From: Camelus dromedarius
Lineage: Eukaryota
NCBI RefSeq assembly: GCF_036321535.1
Contig: NC_087436.1
Span: 20,152,001 to 20,216,000, forward strand
Reading direction: 5' to 3'
Length of the DNA stretch: 64,000 bases
The notes below the pieces were generated by a model. It was not told where the DNA came from. It searched no databases and was given only the letters and a program-made list of their open reading frames with translations. Position 1 is the first letter of the stretch, and each line of letters begins with the position of its first letter. This document shows positions 38,694 through 52,879 of the stretch, piece after piece. The position numbers and the translations under genes are program-made.

Positions 38694-41600
38694 AAAAAGT
38701 CCATGCCCTCATGAGACCTACATTGTAGCAGTCAGGGAAGGCCTCACTGTTGAACAGAAGCCTGCAAAGTGAGCGACAGAGCCACGGGGAGACCTGGGGA
38801 CGCACATCCCAAGTAGGAGCGCAGCAAGGGCAGAGGCCGTGGGGCGGGAAAGGGCCGGCAATGCTCCAGGGACAGTGAGGGGCCCAACGCGGCTGGGATG
38901 GAGAGGGAGGGGCAGGACGGGGAGGGGACAGACAGGACAGCCGCAAGGACTTCACAGCTTTCCCTCTGAACTGAGACGGGAACCCTGGGGAGCAGAGATA
39001 CCAGCCCTCACCGGCTTCCAGCTTAACAGGAGGGCTCTGGCTGGGCTGAGCAGACTGAAAGGAGGGCAGGAGGAGGAAGAAGGAGGGGGGAGGAAGGAGG
39101 AGGAGTGTTAGCAGTAGGGAGCAGTAAAGAGACCAGTAAGGAAGCTACAGCAACTGTTTCAGCTCACGGCGACACAGGTTTGGCTCAGCCCAGCAGAAGC
39201 GATCAGGTTCTAGATCCTGTCTTCTGAAGGTATGGCTATGAATGAATACGCTCTTCTAATTAATAAAGAAAAAAATTAACCATAAAGTTGGAGAAGTCTG
39301 TTTAATTTTTAGAAGTGCAAGATCTCATATTCCAGGACCAGGAGTCCCTGAGGTGGGGTCAAAGGTCCCTGGGGAAGCAGTCCAAAAATTATCACTGGAG
39401 CAGTTGAAAGGGGACAACGACTGGACACTAAATCCTGCAGGGACTGGGGTGGAGGACAGGGAGTGAGGCAGTAAGTGACTAAGGAGGAAGGGAAGTGAGG
39501 GGGAATCACATGTGCGGGGCTTTCATGGAGGACGTGGGAAGAGAGTTCTGGGTGGGGCGATGAGAAGCCCCCACCTCCCGGCCCCGTGGTATGGGGGTTA
39601 TGAGAGAAAACAGCCACAATCTGAGACAGCTACAAGGGAAGCCGCATCCTCAGCCGAGCCTGATCTATGCTCAAGATCATTCATGTTCCAAATAACCCAG
39701 ACATCCAACAATAATGGAACAATTAAACAAATTATTGTACATGCAACAATGATGTAAACTGTTAAAAAAAAAAGAGAAGAAAAAGGACAGGTTTTCATGT
39801 CTACAAGGGAAAGAAAACCGTATTATAATTGTTCAATTAAAAAGTACACATAGTACAATCCCATTTTAAAAACACAAATAGAAACAAAACCTGTCCATGT
39901 ATAATATGTGTGCATCTTTAAAAGCCTGGAAGGAAACAGACAAATGTGAACAAGTGGTTGCCTTGATTGTGAGCTGGGGAGGAGGGGCGTGTAGAGGAGC
40001 AGACCATTTTCACTCACAACCAATCACTGTTTGCAATTTTAACACCCCAATATAAAAATAAGTAAAAACTGAAAGTAGGTCATAGATTTCTTCTACATGG
40101 CTCCAGAAGACAGTATTATGATCAAGAGGCAGCAAGATTTATCTTTTTATACAGAAAAAAATAACTGAAAGTGTTCCTGCACAGAATGGGGTATCACTGA
40201 ACTAGGATTTTCAGGGAAACGTTTTCCTGTATGGTGGGGATATATGACCTAATTCTGAATGAATATGATCTGGGGGGGAAGGTACTTTTTATTAAAGAAC
40301 TCAATCACATGCTCAAAAAATTCAGTTCTACAAAATGGCACATTATAGCAAAAAGCAAGTTTCCTTCCCATTCTAGCCCCCTAGTCCCCTTTCCACTAAC
40401 AATTCAAATATCCTTAAAATTTCTCAATGCATGAATTTCTTACCAAAGAAAGGTTTTGTATTATTCAAATATTTCAAGAGCAATTTGGTCCTGTCCCCCT
40501 TTCCAGTAAATCTGTCATTTGGAAGAATAAAGTAACCTCTCAAAATCAGAGTTTACATAACCTCTGAAACAACCATTGAGATCAGCCAGATATCACTCTC
40601 CTCCACGTGATGATCAATGACGCCCTGTTTTCAATCTGCCAAAAACTAAACTGGCCTTACAAGCGTTCACCTGGCCACGTCAGAGGAGAAACTGAACAAA
40701 GAGCAGCAGCCCTCTCCCAGAACAGTAAGCCCTGCCCCCAGCTAAGAGGACGGACACACCGTCCTGCACGGGGTGAGGGAAATCATGCTGCGGACACAAG
40801 CAAGCAGCACCTACAGGATTAGGTGAGACCCGGACCATAAACCTAGCCCTCTTCTGCCTCAGATCACTTGCTCAGTCCAGTTCTAGCCATTAACCTCCCC
40901 ACGGTGAGAGATTTTCCAATCGGGATGAAAAAACCTAATAAAGAGAGTGCTCTTAGAAGACTTCAAAACCCAAGTTCTCCTCCTTTGTCCGTTTTAAGAG
41001 AGCCAGTAATACACCATGTAACCGAACAATTCTTCAAGCACTTATCACCAACATAAAGGTGCAGGAGGAGGAGAATGGGTATGATCCAGCTCCCAGCATC
41101 CCCACGCTTACAGTTACAAGGGCCACGGCAGGCTTGTTTATCAGCTCCCCTTCCAGACCCGAGGACACAAGAACTGCTGATTCCTTCAAGGAGGAAAAAG
41201 GGAAAGAGCTCAGACACACATATCCTTTCTTCCTATCTCTTTTCTCCTCAAAGAAAAAAAGGGGGAGCAAAGAAGTTAACCGTCAGAATTGCCGGGGGCG
41301 TCTGGAGCAGCTGTGACAGACATCACAGGGCACCACGTGCTGCTGGATGGACAAGACACAGTTCTTCTCACAACGAACCCACAACACACCCCAGGTCCTG
41401 CTTCCCGGCACGTGTTTAAGCACATCAATATGAAAAAACTCACTACCACATCAGTACTGTGTGTCCAGCCGACAGTCCTTAACAGTGCTGTACATAAGAC
41501 TCACCTGTGGTGCCTGCTGAAAAGCCACCAGGCCCCCAACCCCAGAACAGGCCCTCTCAGGGAGGGCCTGGCATTTTTGTCGTGGTGGTTGTTCATGGGA

Positions 41601-43191
41601 TTCTGATGTGCAGACAAAGCAAGAACCACAGTGTTAACATCAAGATCAGAAAGACACTGCACTGTCCACACACACTCAGGAACTCAGTCCAAAGAATTAG
41701 TAACTGTAACAAAAGCTAGTAAAACAGAAGCCACAGCAGACAAGCTCCAAGTTACAAGATCTCAGTGCAAATTCTACATGTATGATCCCTTATCCCAACT
41801 TTATCAAGCTGACAAGAGATACACTATAAGTATAAATACAGACACTCAAAAACTTGCTGAAAGAATCAGCTAAGCTGGAAGTGGGCAGGACACAAGAGCT
41901 CTCCAACAACATCAGTTCCTTACCAGTCCCGTGATGTTTAAAGGCTGCCCCAACTGGAGAAACAGCCTCCAACTAAGATGATATGACATTAATAACGATG
42001 GCTTGTTACTTAAGTTTTCATATAACCATAGTCTCCTCTTAGCAGTAGGATTACTTCTGTAGGGCAGAAACTGACTTACACGTTTCTCAAAACCTCCCTG
42101 AAACAGAGCCCAGTGATGGACGCAGGAAGAACTTGCTGAATGGATTAATATTGGCTCAACAAAAAGCAGAAGCTCAGTGAGGATGTACCTATTCTAAAGG
42201 AGACTTCTGGAATACAGATCAACACTTCAGCCCCACGATTTGACAGGACAAAACTCTTCAGCGTTTAAGTGCAAATAAAAGCCATATATAAGTCTGGGTG
42301 CCAATCATTTCAATAATAATCAAGTTAATTTTGTTCACAGTTAACAGAAGACCATTAGAAACCAATCAAACATTCTCTCAAGCTTGAACGAACCGAACAG
42401 AAGTCCTGAGCACACAAACAAGAACATGGGGGAAATACAGAGGTTGTTAATAAATATGCCAGACTGCAAAGCCCGCAGCGGACACGGAGCACAATGGAAA
42501 GCTGTGACAGATGAGATGGTAAGCTCCATCCAGGCAGCTGTCCTGGGCTGCAGAGGGCTAAATGTGTACTCTCCAAGGCAACATTCAAGGCAGCATGATC
42601 ACTCCCTTCCATGAAAAGCTACCCATAAAAATTAATGACCAATTTTGATAAAATTAAGACATTTTGCCAGCTTTCATCCTCCCTCCCCAATTTAGCTTAG
42701 AGTTTGAGGAATGGGTCTGACCGATGCACAGGCCCCTGACTCCCAGTCACCATCCACAGAAAGGACATAAAAAATGAAGAGGAGATGATAACACATAAGT
42801 GGTAACCCTGTGGGTGAGATTCAAAAGCCTTCGCCTGCCTCCAAATTTGAAATACTGGCAGATCATTTAAGAGAAAGGAGATGGTGGGGCAGAGATGCTG
42901 ACAAATTCTGTTCTGTCTAGAGGCCAGGTAACAACTCAAAGCTGAGGTAAGACTGAGTGTGTTTCAGTTACGTAAGGACCCCACCAATAACCGCCTTATG
43001 CGTGACACATGAAAAGCCTTTCTTACACCCATGACCCTACTACCTACCCTTTAGAGAAAATCTGGGAAATTAAATACTGATGCCTAACTCCTTAAATTTC
43101 TCTCACCCAGGAGGTTTTACTACATGGGAGAGCTTTTCTCTTTAATACCTTATGAACTAGTCCATCTCAATAATTAAAACCATGTTGTAAT

Positions 43192-43414
43192 AATTTGGTG
43201 CAGCCACTGTGGAAAAAAGTATGGAGATTCCTTAAAAAACTAAAAATAGACTAACCATATGATCCAGCAATCCCACACCAGGGCATGTATCTGGAGGGAA
43301 CTCTAATTCAAAAAGACACATGCACCCCAGTGTTCAGAGCAACACTATTTACAATAGCCAAGACATGGAAACAGCCTAAATGTCCACTGATAAATGACTG
43401 GATAAAGAAGTTGT

Positions 43415-43456
<42 letters not shown>

Positions 43457-43896
43457 ACTACTCAGCCATAAAAAAGAATGAAATAATGCCATTTGCAGCA
43501 ACATGGATGGACCTAAAGATGACCACACTAAGTAAAATAAGTCAGACAAAGACAAATACCATAGGACATCACTTAAATGTGCAATCTAAAATATGATACA
43601 AATGAACTTATTTACAGAACAGAAATAGACTCACAGACACAGAAAACAAATTTACAATTACCAAAGGGGAAAGGCAGGGGGAGGGATAAATTAAGAGTCT
43701 GGGATTAGTAGACACAAAGCACTATATATAGAACAAACAACAAGGTCTTACCGTATATATAGCACAGGGAACTATATTCAATAGCTTGTAATAACTGTAA
43801 TGACAAATCATGAAAAAGATATGTATAACTGAATCACTATGCTGTACACCAGAAACTAACATTGTAAATCAACTATATTTCAATTAAAAAACAAAA
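43192..43896 (+). mobile_element. 5'-truncated L1 (ORF2 C-terminus plus 3'UTR)
   Basis: ORF 43285-43596 (KDTCTPVFRATLFTIAKTWKQPKCP...EYYSAIKKNEIMPFAATWMDL) is the L1 ORF2p C-terminus, followed by 3'UTR and an A tail. Confidence 0.93.
43417..43452. repeat. (GT)18 microsatellite inside L1
   Basis: Counted directly. Confidence 0.95.
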
Positions 43897-46800
43897 AATC
43901 CACGTTCCAAGACCATAACTGTGTCTCATATGAATAAGGAAATTCCACTACAAACACTGCAACTCAGGTAGGAGAGAAAGAGGCCCCTTTCGATGTGCTC
44001 TATAAAGCACTGGTGTCCTTAAGGTTCACCGATCATGAGAGCTGATCAAGAAACTGCACAAAACTACAGCCCCTAAAGGGCTAAGAACACCTCACATTCG
44101 AATGAGAAGACTCCTAGCCCAAGTCCTGTCCCGAGGGCAGCAAAGCAGTGCCGAGGAAATGGGATAGAGATGGCCTGTCCCTTACCACTCCGGCTTACAT
44201 GCTTCCTTATAGCTCCAGCATCTTTTAGGAGGTGGGAAATCTGGCTTCCTTTCCTACAATGAGAAAAGCCCAGTTTCCCCAGAGTACTACTTCCCGGTCT
44301 GCAAAGAACGATACAATAAAGTAAAAGAGAAGACAAGGTCCCCATTCCAGTGACGCGTCTGCTCCAGGACACAGCAGAACAGTTTGTTTATTAGTAGCCT
44401 GCATTTCATTTGTTTGTGAATTGCCTGTTCATGTCCTTTACCAATTTTTCTTAGGGGTGGTATTTTCTATTGATTTAAAAAGCTTCTTACAAAGAATAAC
44501 TTGAAGCAAATTTGTTACTGAAAGGTTGTGATTTTGTGTGCAGTCATTTGTGAGTGTGTGTTTGGTCACAGAACTGTCACCAAATCCATAAATTTTTCCT
44601 TCTTGGTTCCTGCCTTTGGAGCCGTGTTTATAGAGCTCTACAGGTAGAGCCCCCCTCCCGCCCCCCACCATTTCATGAAATGACACGAATCAATCTCCTC
44701 CTTTCCTTCTGACACTATGATGAGAATACATGCCAGAAACATTTTGCACTGAGCATCTGTAACGTTAATGAAAAAAAAAATTTTTACACTCACGAATACT
44801 GTAAGAAAAACCATAGACAAACTCAGAACACTTACTTTCAAAAGCTTTGGGCAATTTAGAGGGCCTTCTTCTCTTAGTTCAATTACTATACTTTTCTTAA
44901 AAATCTTTATCTGAAATTGCCAGGGAAACACTCCATGTACAAATTCCCAAACTTGCTATCTCACAATTTCATTACCAGGATTCCACCGCTTAACTCTCTT
45001 CAATTCATTTAATCCATTAGACTCCTCATAACCCATGACCCCTTATGGAGATTAGATTCGATATTGGTCTAACATTCTAGACTCTAAAATCACATTGACT
45101 TTTGTAAGTAGCTAACATTTTCCGAATGCTTATTATGTTCCAGGTCCTACTGCTGAGTCCTTTGGGTATTCTGTGCTTCACTGACTGCAAGACGCACCCC
45201 CACCCCCGCCAAACCAGGAAGTTTACAATCAACCGTACGTCACGTACTAACTGATGGCTTTTTCCAAAATAGTACATGGAATAATGTCTTACAATTAGCA
45301 GCATCCCAGATTAAATGAAATATGGGAGGCTAACTCATTTCATCTTATGATCAGTCCTGAGGCTGGTACTATTATCTCTATTTTTCAGATGAGGATAAGT
45401 GAGCTTCAAAAGTTAACAGCAGCTTTCCCAAGGTTATAAAAAGCAAGTAAGTGTTGGGGCGTGGACTGAAACCCAGGCAACCTGACTCTAGAGCCTTATT
45501 TCTTAACCTATTGGCTATCTCTAGGCCAGAATCATCTCTACCAACATTCCTTTCCAATCTTACTTTTGGGCCAACAAGTCACACTAAAAAGCGACAATGA
45601 CCTACTGTACTCTACAGCCACCTCAAACCTCACCCCAGGCTTCCCTCGACTGTTCAAATTTCGAGCTCTCCATAGATCTCCTCACAACCACCTACAATGG
45701 TTCTTCCAAAACTTCTCTGTTATTCTTAAACTTCCAGTACCACTTTCTGATTCCCACAGCTCACCAGCCTAATGAAGAGACTGATCAGCCTCCTACCCTA
45801 CTAGGAAACCCCGTGCAGCTGGCGTGAGCTCTGCCATCTGCTTTCCTCTCTAACCTGGACCCCATTCTGCTTCTTTCTCAGACAAATCTCCCTCCTTACC
45901 ATGACGGATGGATACACATCCCCTGTGCTCCAGATCACTAACTCCATCATCTCTGATTGTTCTCTGTCCATTAACTTCTTTCCCTCAACCTTCGAATATG
46001 AAGACATCTCATCTAGTTTGAAACATAAGTCACTCGAGGGCATATAAGACTCTATGTCTCATTTCTTAATATACTCAGTCCTTCCCCCTCAACTACGTTC
46101 ACTTGATTGCGCTGACATTTTCCCCTTCATCCTGAACCATACAACATCTTCCCCTTTGAACTGACCTCTGGAATCTCTCTTCCCTTGGCATCCTCTCACC
46201 CCACATCTTTCTTCTAGTTCGTTCCTTCTTTTGTCTACTTCAAACATGCCTCTCCCTTCAACTGATTCCTAATTGTGGCATCAATGGAAGATTCAACTCA
46301 CCAGCTCTTTTTTTCAGTTCATGGTCCTTTCCAAATATCCATCTGTTCTTAAATGTTCAATCATCGTTCCCATTAGTCCCAGTAGATCACTACCGGGAAT
46401 CTTCATGTAAAGCTCTGAGCCCTTCCCTAGGCTTTAGCTTAGTTACGTTATCTCCAAATTGCCTGTAGAATACTGAGATACCCCACCTCAAATTCAACCT
46501 GTCAACTTTAATTTATCACCCACACAAGCTTTATTCCTTCTACAACCAGTTCTCTCTTCCAAAGTAAAGGCTTTATTATTTTCCAGCCACTCAAGATGGA
46601 AAGTTAAGAATAATCTCTGACACCTTTCTCTCCCACTACCCCATAGCCAAATAATCACCAAGTGTTTTTTGGCTCACACAACCCGCCTCCTCAGGGAGAT
46701 AACTCAAAAGAGCTTCCTTACTCTCCTGGCATAAATGCTCTACCCCTCCACCCCAAACTGCACGTTCAAAAACCTTCAGTGACTTTCCAGTGCTTCCAGG

Positions 46801-46929
46801 TTCTGGCATGCTAAGGTCCTCAAATCCTCATCCAACTTAATCTTCCCGAACACCTCTCCCAGCTCGTTGTACAGGGGGCCCCATCAGAAATACAACGGGG
46901 GTCAGGCAGAGCTGCGTACCAGCCTCCAG

Positions 46930-47110
46930 ATCTGTGCTGTCCAGTGACAGCACATTGCTAAATTGGTGGCTATTTAAACATAAATTAATTAAAGTTAAAA
47001 ATGCAGTACTTCTCAGTTGTGCTAGCCACATTTTTAAGTGCAGAACAGCCACTTGTAGCTAATGGCTACAGTATCGGATGGCGTAGATACAGAGTTTTAC
47101 TGGACAGCTC
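46930..47110. mobile_element. MER3/MER33-like hAT-Charlie relic
   Basis: CTGTGCTGTCCAGT...TAGCCACATTTTTAAGTGC...ACTGGACAGC termini. Confidence 0.75.
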
Positions 47111-48654
47111 CTAACACTCGTATTTACCCCCCCGAGTCTCCACCACTACTCGCCCAGAATGCCTCTTCCTCCTACCTACGCAAACCCACCTGTCCTTCCA
47201 TACCATGCGGGGCCTCAGGTGAGCAGTGTGCACCACTTACTCCGATACTACCTTGCAGCAACTCTTACAACAGTGTTGCATTTAACTTTTCATTTTTATG
47301 TGCCTTCTCTGCAGTTACTGAGCCACTCTGAACTAATAAATCTTTGAGTAAGTGAAACATATGCTCATTGCAATACTGCATCAAAATTATCCAATGAGGA
47401 GATATTTAATACCCCTCTCCTCCATTAAAAAGACATGTTTTCTTTCAGTCTAAACCAACAAAGGATCTTACATTTAGCTAACTAAATAATGACTTAATTT
47501 AATGCCTAATTATAATATTTGAAAGATAATTAGTTTCCCTTTTTTTCTTGCAGTATTTGAAACAGAAAGAAAAAAAACTATAAAGGTCTGAAATACTTCC
47601 ACTTTGCATAAGCACACCACAAAGAAACCACAAAAGACAGACAAAGAGAGGAAAATGAATGAAGTTCGAGTAACTATACCTAACTATCCGAGACTGTAGG
47701 AAAAAATATAGTACAGCTGCCCTAAAATTAAGCAGAAACTAAAAATAAAGCATTAAAAATTTATGCATACGAATATATTGCTGAATCCAAAGCTAGACCT
47801 CTCTTACCCTCCTTTTTGCAAACATGCCATAGTGACTACGTATTTTCATTGTGAGCTCAAAGCATACAGATGCATAATTAACTGTGGTGTGTGTATATGT
47901 TATATGTGTTCCTTGAAATTCAGGCTTGTCTATCTCAAGAAAATAAGTTAAGAAACCAATCCACCACACCGCAGGCCTGCGTTCTTATAAGAGAAGAAGG
48001 CTCCTTACCTGAACACTAGGAACCGAGCAGGGATTTGGGAGAATGGCCAGGTAAGGATTCCTTCAAACCTTAGAGGGTTTGATGCTTTATCTTCAGGAGG
48101 GAGTCTTCCCTAGAGTTCTGATTTGGCTTCTAACAAAAATCACAAAGATTAACGAATCCTGCAGTTCCCAATACCTGCCTAAAAATCTGATACAGTCACT
48201 GGAGCCAAACTGTTTAAGAAAATTTTGGCTCTTCCCATCAGAAAGATAGCTTTCCTTATGGAAATGAATGCTCTACAGAGCCCGCTCATTTCCGCACGTC
48301 AGCCACAGCACCTGCAAATGTTACTTTTCCATGACTAGTAGTACATCTCTAAAACCGACACCATCTTAATAAGGAACACCAAAGTGAAGATTTTGACTTA
48401 GATTTTAAGTACATTCATGCGATTTAGCTTAGCCTTTTTTTTTTTTTGGAAGTAACTCCAGAAGAAGTGTTAAAAAATACTTCAGGTATTTTTGCGGCAA
48501 ATCAGATGACAGCTCACCAGATTAGACTGAACCGCTGCTCTCCGAGGTTAACAGCACAAAAGGAATAGAGTCAAGGGATTTCAGTTCGCAGCAAAATGGA
48601 GGTGCCTCTATTTGTTATCAAAGCATGTCCTGCTATTCTTGGCACCAAAAAGTA

Positions 48655-48820
48655 AAGCCAGAGCTTCCAGGTTGGTGACCACGTGAAGGCGTCAAGAGGA
48701 AGGGGAGCCTGGAGAGGGCATGGAAACTCTGTGCCCCTTCCCTGCACCTGGCCTGTACCTCCCTTCCATCTGGCTGTTCCTGACTTGTATCTACTTACAA
48801 TAAATCGGTAATAGTAAGTT
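48655..48820 (+). mobile_element. MER21-like LTR fragment
   Basis: GGAGAGGGCATGGAAACTCTGTGCCCCTTCCC...CTTCCATCTGGCTGTTCCTGACTTGTATC...AATAAATCGGTAA resembles the recalled MER21 consensus. Confidence 0.7.
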
Positions 48821-50765
48821 TTTAAAAAAAGAAAAGAAACACCACATACCGAAGTACAATTACTGAGAACACTCCATCAACTTCAATGGCATTTTATGAC
48901 TTAATATGGAATTTCTCTACCTTTTCATATGTAAATTATCCTTTTTCTCCTTAGACCTTTCCAACTCTCTCCCTAGTGCCCCCAAGCTCCTTCCCTAAAT
49001 ATCCCAATCTGTCTGCAGCTTTTGGTTGGGAATGTGATTTGTTTTTGAGAGCAAAAAGAGATGCGTAGAGCAGAACTGCCTGATTTAGTCTGAACTTTAT
49101 ACCATCTCAGATCACCCATTTTCTAGTAAGGTCCCAAGATTAAACCAGGCATAGGGCTTTTCTGTTCCATCTCTAAAATGAAAAAAAAAAAAAAAATCAG
49201 TATTAGTCTGTAAAAAACAACTCTCTGAGGTTGTCAGACTTGATCCTACTCAGTTCAAACAATGCTGGGAACAAAAAGTCACTATCACGCCAAAAAATTC
49301 TTCTTTCCTCCCCTCCCCAAATAACACTGGCTATGCTCAGACCAAAGCCCCAGGAACACAGCGAGTGCGGTAGGAAAAAATAAACAAATGAGAAGGTGAC
49401 AATGAGAGTGACCCGGATTCAGGCCTTCCCTCCTCCAATCACCAGATAGATAGGCAGACAGAGAGCAAGTCTGGTGTCTTCCATGGGCCTCAGATTGCTC
49501 AATTTGATATCATCCAGCTGGGTAAGAAAACCTTCAGAGAAGCTTTTCACAGGCGATATCTCTATTCTTCATAAAGGAAATTACAAATCTTAATGTTTCT
49601 GAACACAAGGCAGTCCCATGACGTCCTTTACCTGAAGTGTCACGCAATTTGCGTACTTCTGTGTACACACAAGCCTATGAGGGCATATAAGCATTTCTGG
49701 ATTGGCAGGTGGGAGTGACAAGGAGACAGACTCCACAGTTTCATCAGATTCTTAAACCAAAAAAAAAGAAAAGAAAAAGAAAATTTAAGAACGACTGAAT
49801 TGTAAAACCATACAAAAGTTAACATTGAATGTAAAAAGAAAAAAATTCCAAAGAACTGGCAATGAACTATTTGTCTCTCAAGGTGCAGGGTTTATTTAAC
49901 AGCTAAGGGAAGACTAATTTTGACAAGATAAACTGAATACCAGAACTTTTTTCAGTACCATCAGCTCATGATTATACAAAAGAAAGGCAAGGGGAACGTG
50001 ACAGGAATTATCCAGAAAAGCAGAGATAAAACTAATTTGGCATTACTTTTATGTCAGATTTATTCTTCTAATTATATTCTGCTGAGGTACATATTCACAT
50101 TATGTTTCCTTTATTAAGCACTTAAAAGAAGACAAGAGACGACAGCCTAGAAAAGCACAAAAGAGGGCAAATCTGCTTAAAAGCTGAAAAAATAAAAGTA
50201 AAGTCACGTCTACACTGGAATTAATGAAGCCCAGCAGAACAATGATTATTTAGGTATTCTGGACAACCGTATTCATACAGATAACAGTTAACAGGGAGGC
50301 TCCAGAGTCACACTGCCTGGTTCACAACACACCTAAGCTTATAATCATGTATGTACCCTGAGGCAGGACGATGAATCAGTCTGAACTCAGTTTCTTGACC
50401 TGTAAAATGAGACAATAGCAGTACTTAGGGAAGCTCTGAGGCTTAAATGAGATGAGTATTGAACATAAGGACATAGTAAAAACGCAGGAAAAAAATCAGC
50501 TACCGTTTACTTCTCCTGCCCAAAGCTCTAAATCAAATTAGAATCCATGACCCCAGTGATAAGCATGTTTCCACTGAAAAGTCAATCTCATTTTTTCCCA
50601 TAGCTTCAACTGTCACTTCCAAACTTCAACAAGAGCAACCAGAAAGTAGCAAAAGTGACATGTATCTGTTTGTCTTTGACCCCACCACCTCATCCACACA
50701 GGTAGCAAGCAGAGAAGCAGCCAAAAGATGAGCAGAAAGGGAGGATGAGAGGCAAGGGCTGGAGA

Positions 50766-50970
50766 GCGGCAGTGTCCAACACAGCCTTCTGTGATGATGA
50801 GACAGTTCTGTGCCTACGCTCCCCAGTGTGGGAGCCATGAGCCACATTAGCTATTGAGCCCTTCAAATGTGGCCATTGCTACTGGGAAGATGAATTCTTA
50901 TTTAACTTTCATAAATTTCAATGTAAATATCCGCGTGCGGTTATGGCTGCTTTACTGGATGGCACAGCCC
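50766..50970. mobile_element. MER3-like hAT-Charlie relic
   Basis: GTGTCCAACACAGCCTTCTGTGATGATG...GCCACATTAGCTATTGAGC...CTGGATGGCACAG. Confidence 0.78.
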
Positions 50971-52879
50971 TAAATGACCCATAAACCGAATAAGGATGGC
51001 CAAAAATTTAAGAAAAGAATAAGAATCTTCTTTTCCCGAGTTGTTCATATGTTAAATTCAAATATCTCTGTTTTCATTGGAGACCTGATAACTAGACTTG
51101 TTAAAGAAATAACTTTTTGTTTTGCTTATGGTTTCCTTTGCTGTGCAAAAGCTTATAAGTTAAAAAAAAATAACTTACCAGCAGATGCATCAATGAAGAG
51201 CAACTCAGCGTTAATAAAAGGATCAGAGACATGAAGTACATGGTCCTTCGATATTTCAGAAGGTCCCCAAGGCCAACTTAAATTCAAGCTCACACGAAGC
51301 CTGATTCAGTGCACGGATCAGAGCTGCAAAGGTCCTTACTGGCAACCCCCGAAGTGTGCATTTCTCCACTACCAAATGGAAAGCTACTTAGACAATGCAG
51401 ACTGCACATCCCTTAACTTATCCTCAGTTTTTTCAGAGTTCTGTAAGCCCTTCTCCGTTTTCAGGAACGCTAGCGTTCCTCGCCAGTTCGGCCTTTCCAC
51501 TACAAATAAAATCCATGTACCACCCATATCTGAAGGAGAACGCCAGACTCCTGCTTAGTTGCCCCTGTAATACAGTTTAATTATGATGACTGAACTAATA
51601 GGCTGACATCATAGACTTTTACAGGCTGACCCCATGTCATCCTGATGTATCATTTTGCACCAGTTCAGTGCTGTAAATCAATTTAAGATCTCAGGCAGGT
51701 TGAAAAGGCTGGTAATGATGCTTTCTCTGCCGTCTCTGGAGACTCCATATTATACACAACTTACATTATTTATAAAGCCTCCATGATGCCTCCATTAGCC
51801 TTGTAAGACTACACAAATGAGATCTTTTATACACACACACAACTTGGCCTTGATTATGTAGGCGACTGCAGCTTAAATATTCTTGTCTAATTACACTCAA
51901 GTTTATTCTTTTTTCCAATCCAACCAAGCTACTGAACCCAGAATTACTAGAAATCAAAATTACCAGCTGCAATTTAGTTTTTAACTAATAAATGTACGTG
52001 GGAAAATGAGACTGACTTCTTCTTAATGCTTTAATGAACTCAGTAGAAAACGAAAATTAAATTCCAAGAGGTGTAAGAGGTTAACATTTCTAACGGCCTA
52101 AAAACTGTCATCTCTCTAAAATGCTAAGGTCATCAGCTCTTCATTGTTATAAAACCAAAGGATACTACAAAAAGAAAAAATGTATTTGGTTACATACCTA
52201 TGGTTGGAAGGGTCAAAACTAAATCAAGGACAAAACCCTCCCCTCAGAAGAAATCCGACCCTGCCCAGATCCTCCAGAGGCTCTGGCATCACCCACCTCT
52301 AGCAAATCATCTCCCACTACACTGGTTACAGTTTCCTAAGAATTGCAGTATTACACAAATGTACACCACCTGCACAGAAATATCAAATAACTGCAAATGG
52401 GGAAGAGGGAAGGGGTTGGGGAGGACAAACACTTCAATCAGTACAGCATACTGAGGCCTGGCACCTCCGTCAGAACAACCCTAATGCAAAATATTTATAC
52501 TAACTAAAAATCCTGGGGGTAGTGAACACTGATTCTGCCTCCATTCTCTTTAAATAGTGGTTCCAATACAGCTCACCTACCTCCAATAAAGCGACAAGTG
52601 GTAACCAGAAACAAGATGAAAAATCAACCTGGGCAGAGAATAGTTTTCTCATTGTGTTACTGAAAGGAGGCATGTTATCCACGACAGGCGATTAGAGCGA
52701 GCAATGTTCTGAAATAAAAGCGAATATTCTGCCACTGAGCTGCGGGCTACGAGTTTCAGCAACAGAAACAGAGAGATCAGGCAACTTCTGTATCCTACCT
52801 ACTTCCACCTACTTTCAAACTTCAGCTATAAGGGCAAGAGAACCTTAGGGGAAAGAAAAAGGCAGGTGGTCACAGCACT

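Noticed and set aside
43285..43596. 103-aa ORF as a functional protein
   Set aside because: Truncated L1 ORF2 C-terminus with a microsatellite; no endonuclease or RT domains.
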